From NCBI RefSeq assembly GCF_006345805.1, contig NC_042998.1, positions 195,114,001 through 195,178,000 of the forward strand: a stretch of DNA of 64,000 bases. Reading direction: 5' to 3'. The DNA is from Octopus sinensis. Lineage: Eukaryota. Numbering within the stretch: position 1 is the stretch's first letter; every line of letters begins with the position of its first letter. Below, piece by piece: positions 62,540-64,000 of the stretch. Under the pieces are notes generated by a model that saw only the letters and a program-made list of their open reading frames with translations, did no database searches and was not told the DNA's origin. The position numbers and the translations under genes are program-made.

Positions 62540-63625
62540 TGTCACACTGAAGGAATTTGAACTCTGTATCAGTTACTTTCTGGACGACTATATTACTGAT
62601 TATGCAATAGAACACTTGCACTTTATAAACAGTACCTTTATTGCTGGATACATTACAGAACACCTGTAATATATATCCAGTAACTGTCTTATTTGATACG
62701 TAACAGAACACCCGTGTTGTATAACCAGTAATTACACTACTAATTATACTACAGGATATCTGCACTGCATAAGCAATAACTGCATTACTAGTTACACTAT
62801 AGATCAACTGCAATATAAAATCAGTAGCTAGATTAACGATTTCACAATAGAAAACCTGAATTTTATAACCATAACATAGTTGCCAGGTAAGCAATAACTA
62901 TATATTTCATGTCCTGTCAGAGAAGCCAGCCAGTCTCTAGACAGTATTTATAGTGTTTAATGTTATTTATAATGTTCAAATCTTCACAGTTAATAATTTC
63001 ATATATATTTTATTGACTCAAAAAGGGGTCAATAAAATATGTAGTAGACTTCAGTGAGATTTGAACTTATAATGTAAAAAGGTAAAATTCCTACGAATTC
63101 ACCAAGCTGGAGTAAACTGTACTTTACATACCCACTGTAAGCTGCCTAGCTAAGATCTAAGCTGCCTGGCTAAGATCTAGGTTAATGGAGCAGAGACCAC
63201 CTGAAACTTAGGAGGGTAACTTTTCAAGGTAACCTTTGAAAGTGAAAATACTAGGATTGATACAATGATAATAGGAGAGGGAGGAGGAGGTTTATAAGAG
63301 AGAGTAACAGAAAAGGAGATCAGATAACTAACCCAAATAGTTATAGCCTGCAAAGGATATATTTCTATCATTCCACACTACAGCCAGACAAAGGGCTGAT
63401 TTTTACAGAAACAGGGTTTAGTCACCTGTCTTATTTGATACGTAGCAGAACACCTGTGTTGTATACTAATTATACTACAGGATATCTGCACTGTATAAGC
63501 AATAACTGCATTACTAGTTACACTATAGATCAACTGCAATATAAGATCAGTAGCTAGATTAACAATTTCACAATAGAAAACCTGCATTTCATAACCATAA
63601 CATAGTTGCCAGGTAAGCAACTATA
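62540..63625. repeat. Degenerate repeat (about 36-bp unit) plus a direct duplication of about 200 bp (62680-62900 and 63420-63625)
   Basis: ORFs 62499-62894 and 63378-63620 give near-identical pseudo-peptides; the DNA matches directly. Confidence 0.75.
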
Positions 63626-64000
63626 CTAGTATGCTACTAGTGTAAACCACCTGCCTCTCATCTTTTTGATTAGTGGCTTCCTGTTAGATTCCATTATCAC
63701 AGCATGCACCACCAGAGTTCTCTCTGATTCCCATTCTGTTAATTCCGGTTTACCTGAAAGTACAATTTTCTCCTTCATACCCTTTGTCCTATACATCAAT
63801 GACATTGCTATTATCTTCAATAACAATCACTCTTTGCAGATGATACACTCTCCTTCATACCTTCCTACACCAGAGCACCATCTGTATGGAACTTAGACAT
63901 CACACATGGAATCAACCTTAACTCTATAAGCAGAAACCTCAACAACATTCTCTAACGGGTTTCTACTAATCTGGTCTCCTTCAACAGTACAAATACGCAA
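63620..64000 (+). mobile_element. Decayed LINE reverse-transcriptase fragment (L2/CR1 group); related relics at about 21900-22330 and 51200-51730(-)
   Basis: SVNSGLPESTIFSFIPFVLYINDI resembles the RT GVPQGSxLSPxLFxxYIND motif. Confidence 0.55.

Overview
AT-rich, repeat-dense animal genomic DNA. It is most likely a coleoid cephalopod (Octopus-like), inferred from the tRNA-derived SINE families, CR1/RTE fragments and triplet microsatellites. Two convergent, intron-rich genes were reconstructed by hand from GT-AG sites and codon phase. (1) Plus strand, 1360-31782: the 3' part of a single-pass membrane protein, probably cadherin-related. It has a membrane-adjacent segment, a TM helix, three microexons (32, 16 and 13 nt), a run of symmetric phase-0 exons and a GGNSGFQ repeat. 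(2) Minus strand, 59916-34365: 13 exons of the SPX-EXS phosphate exporter XPR1; its first exons were not found and probably lie beyond the window. The introns hold SINEs, CR1/RTE/R4-Dong-like LINE remnants, non-autonomous Helitrons, piggyBac-like MITEs, mariner relics and minisatellites. The most notable non-coding signals are several hammerhead-ribozyme motifs (best at 55750-55813 and 38937-38975) and a set of long fold-back palindromes whose two arms share copy-specific mutations. Most ORFs in the supplied track are microsatellite or repeat artefacts.
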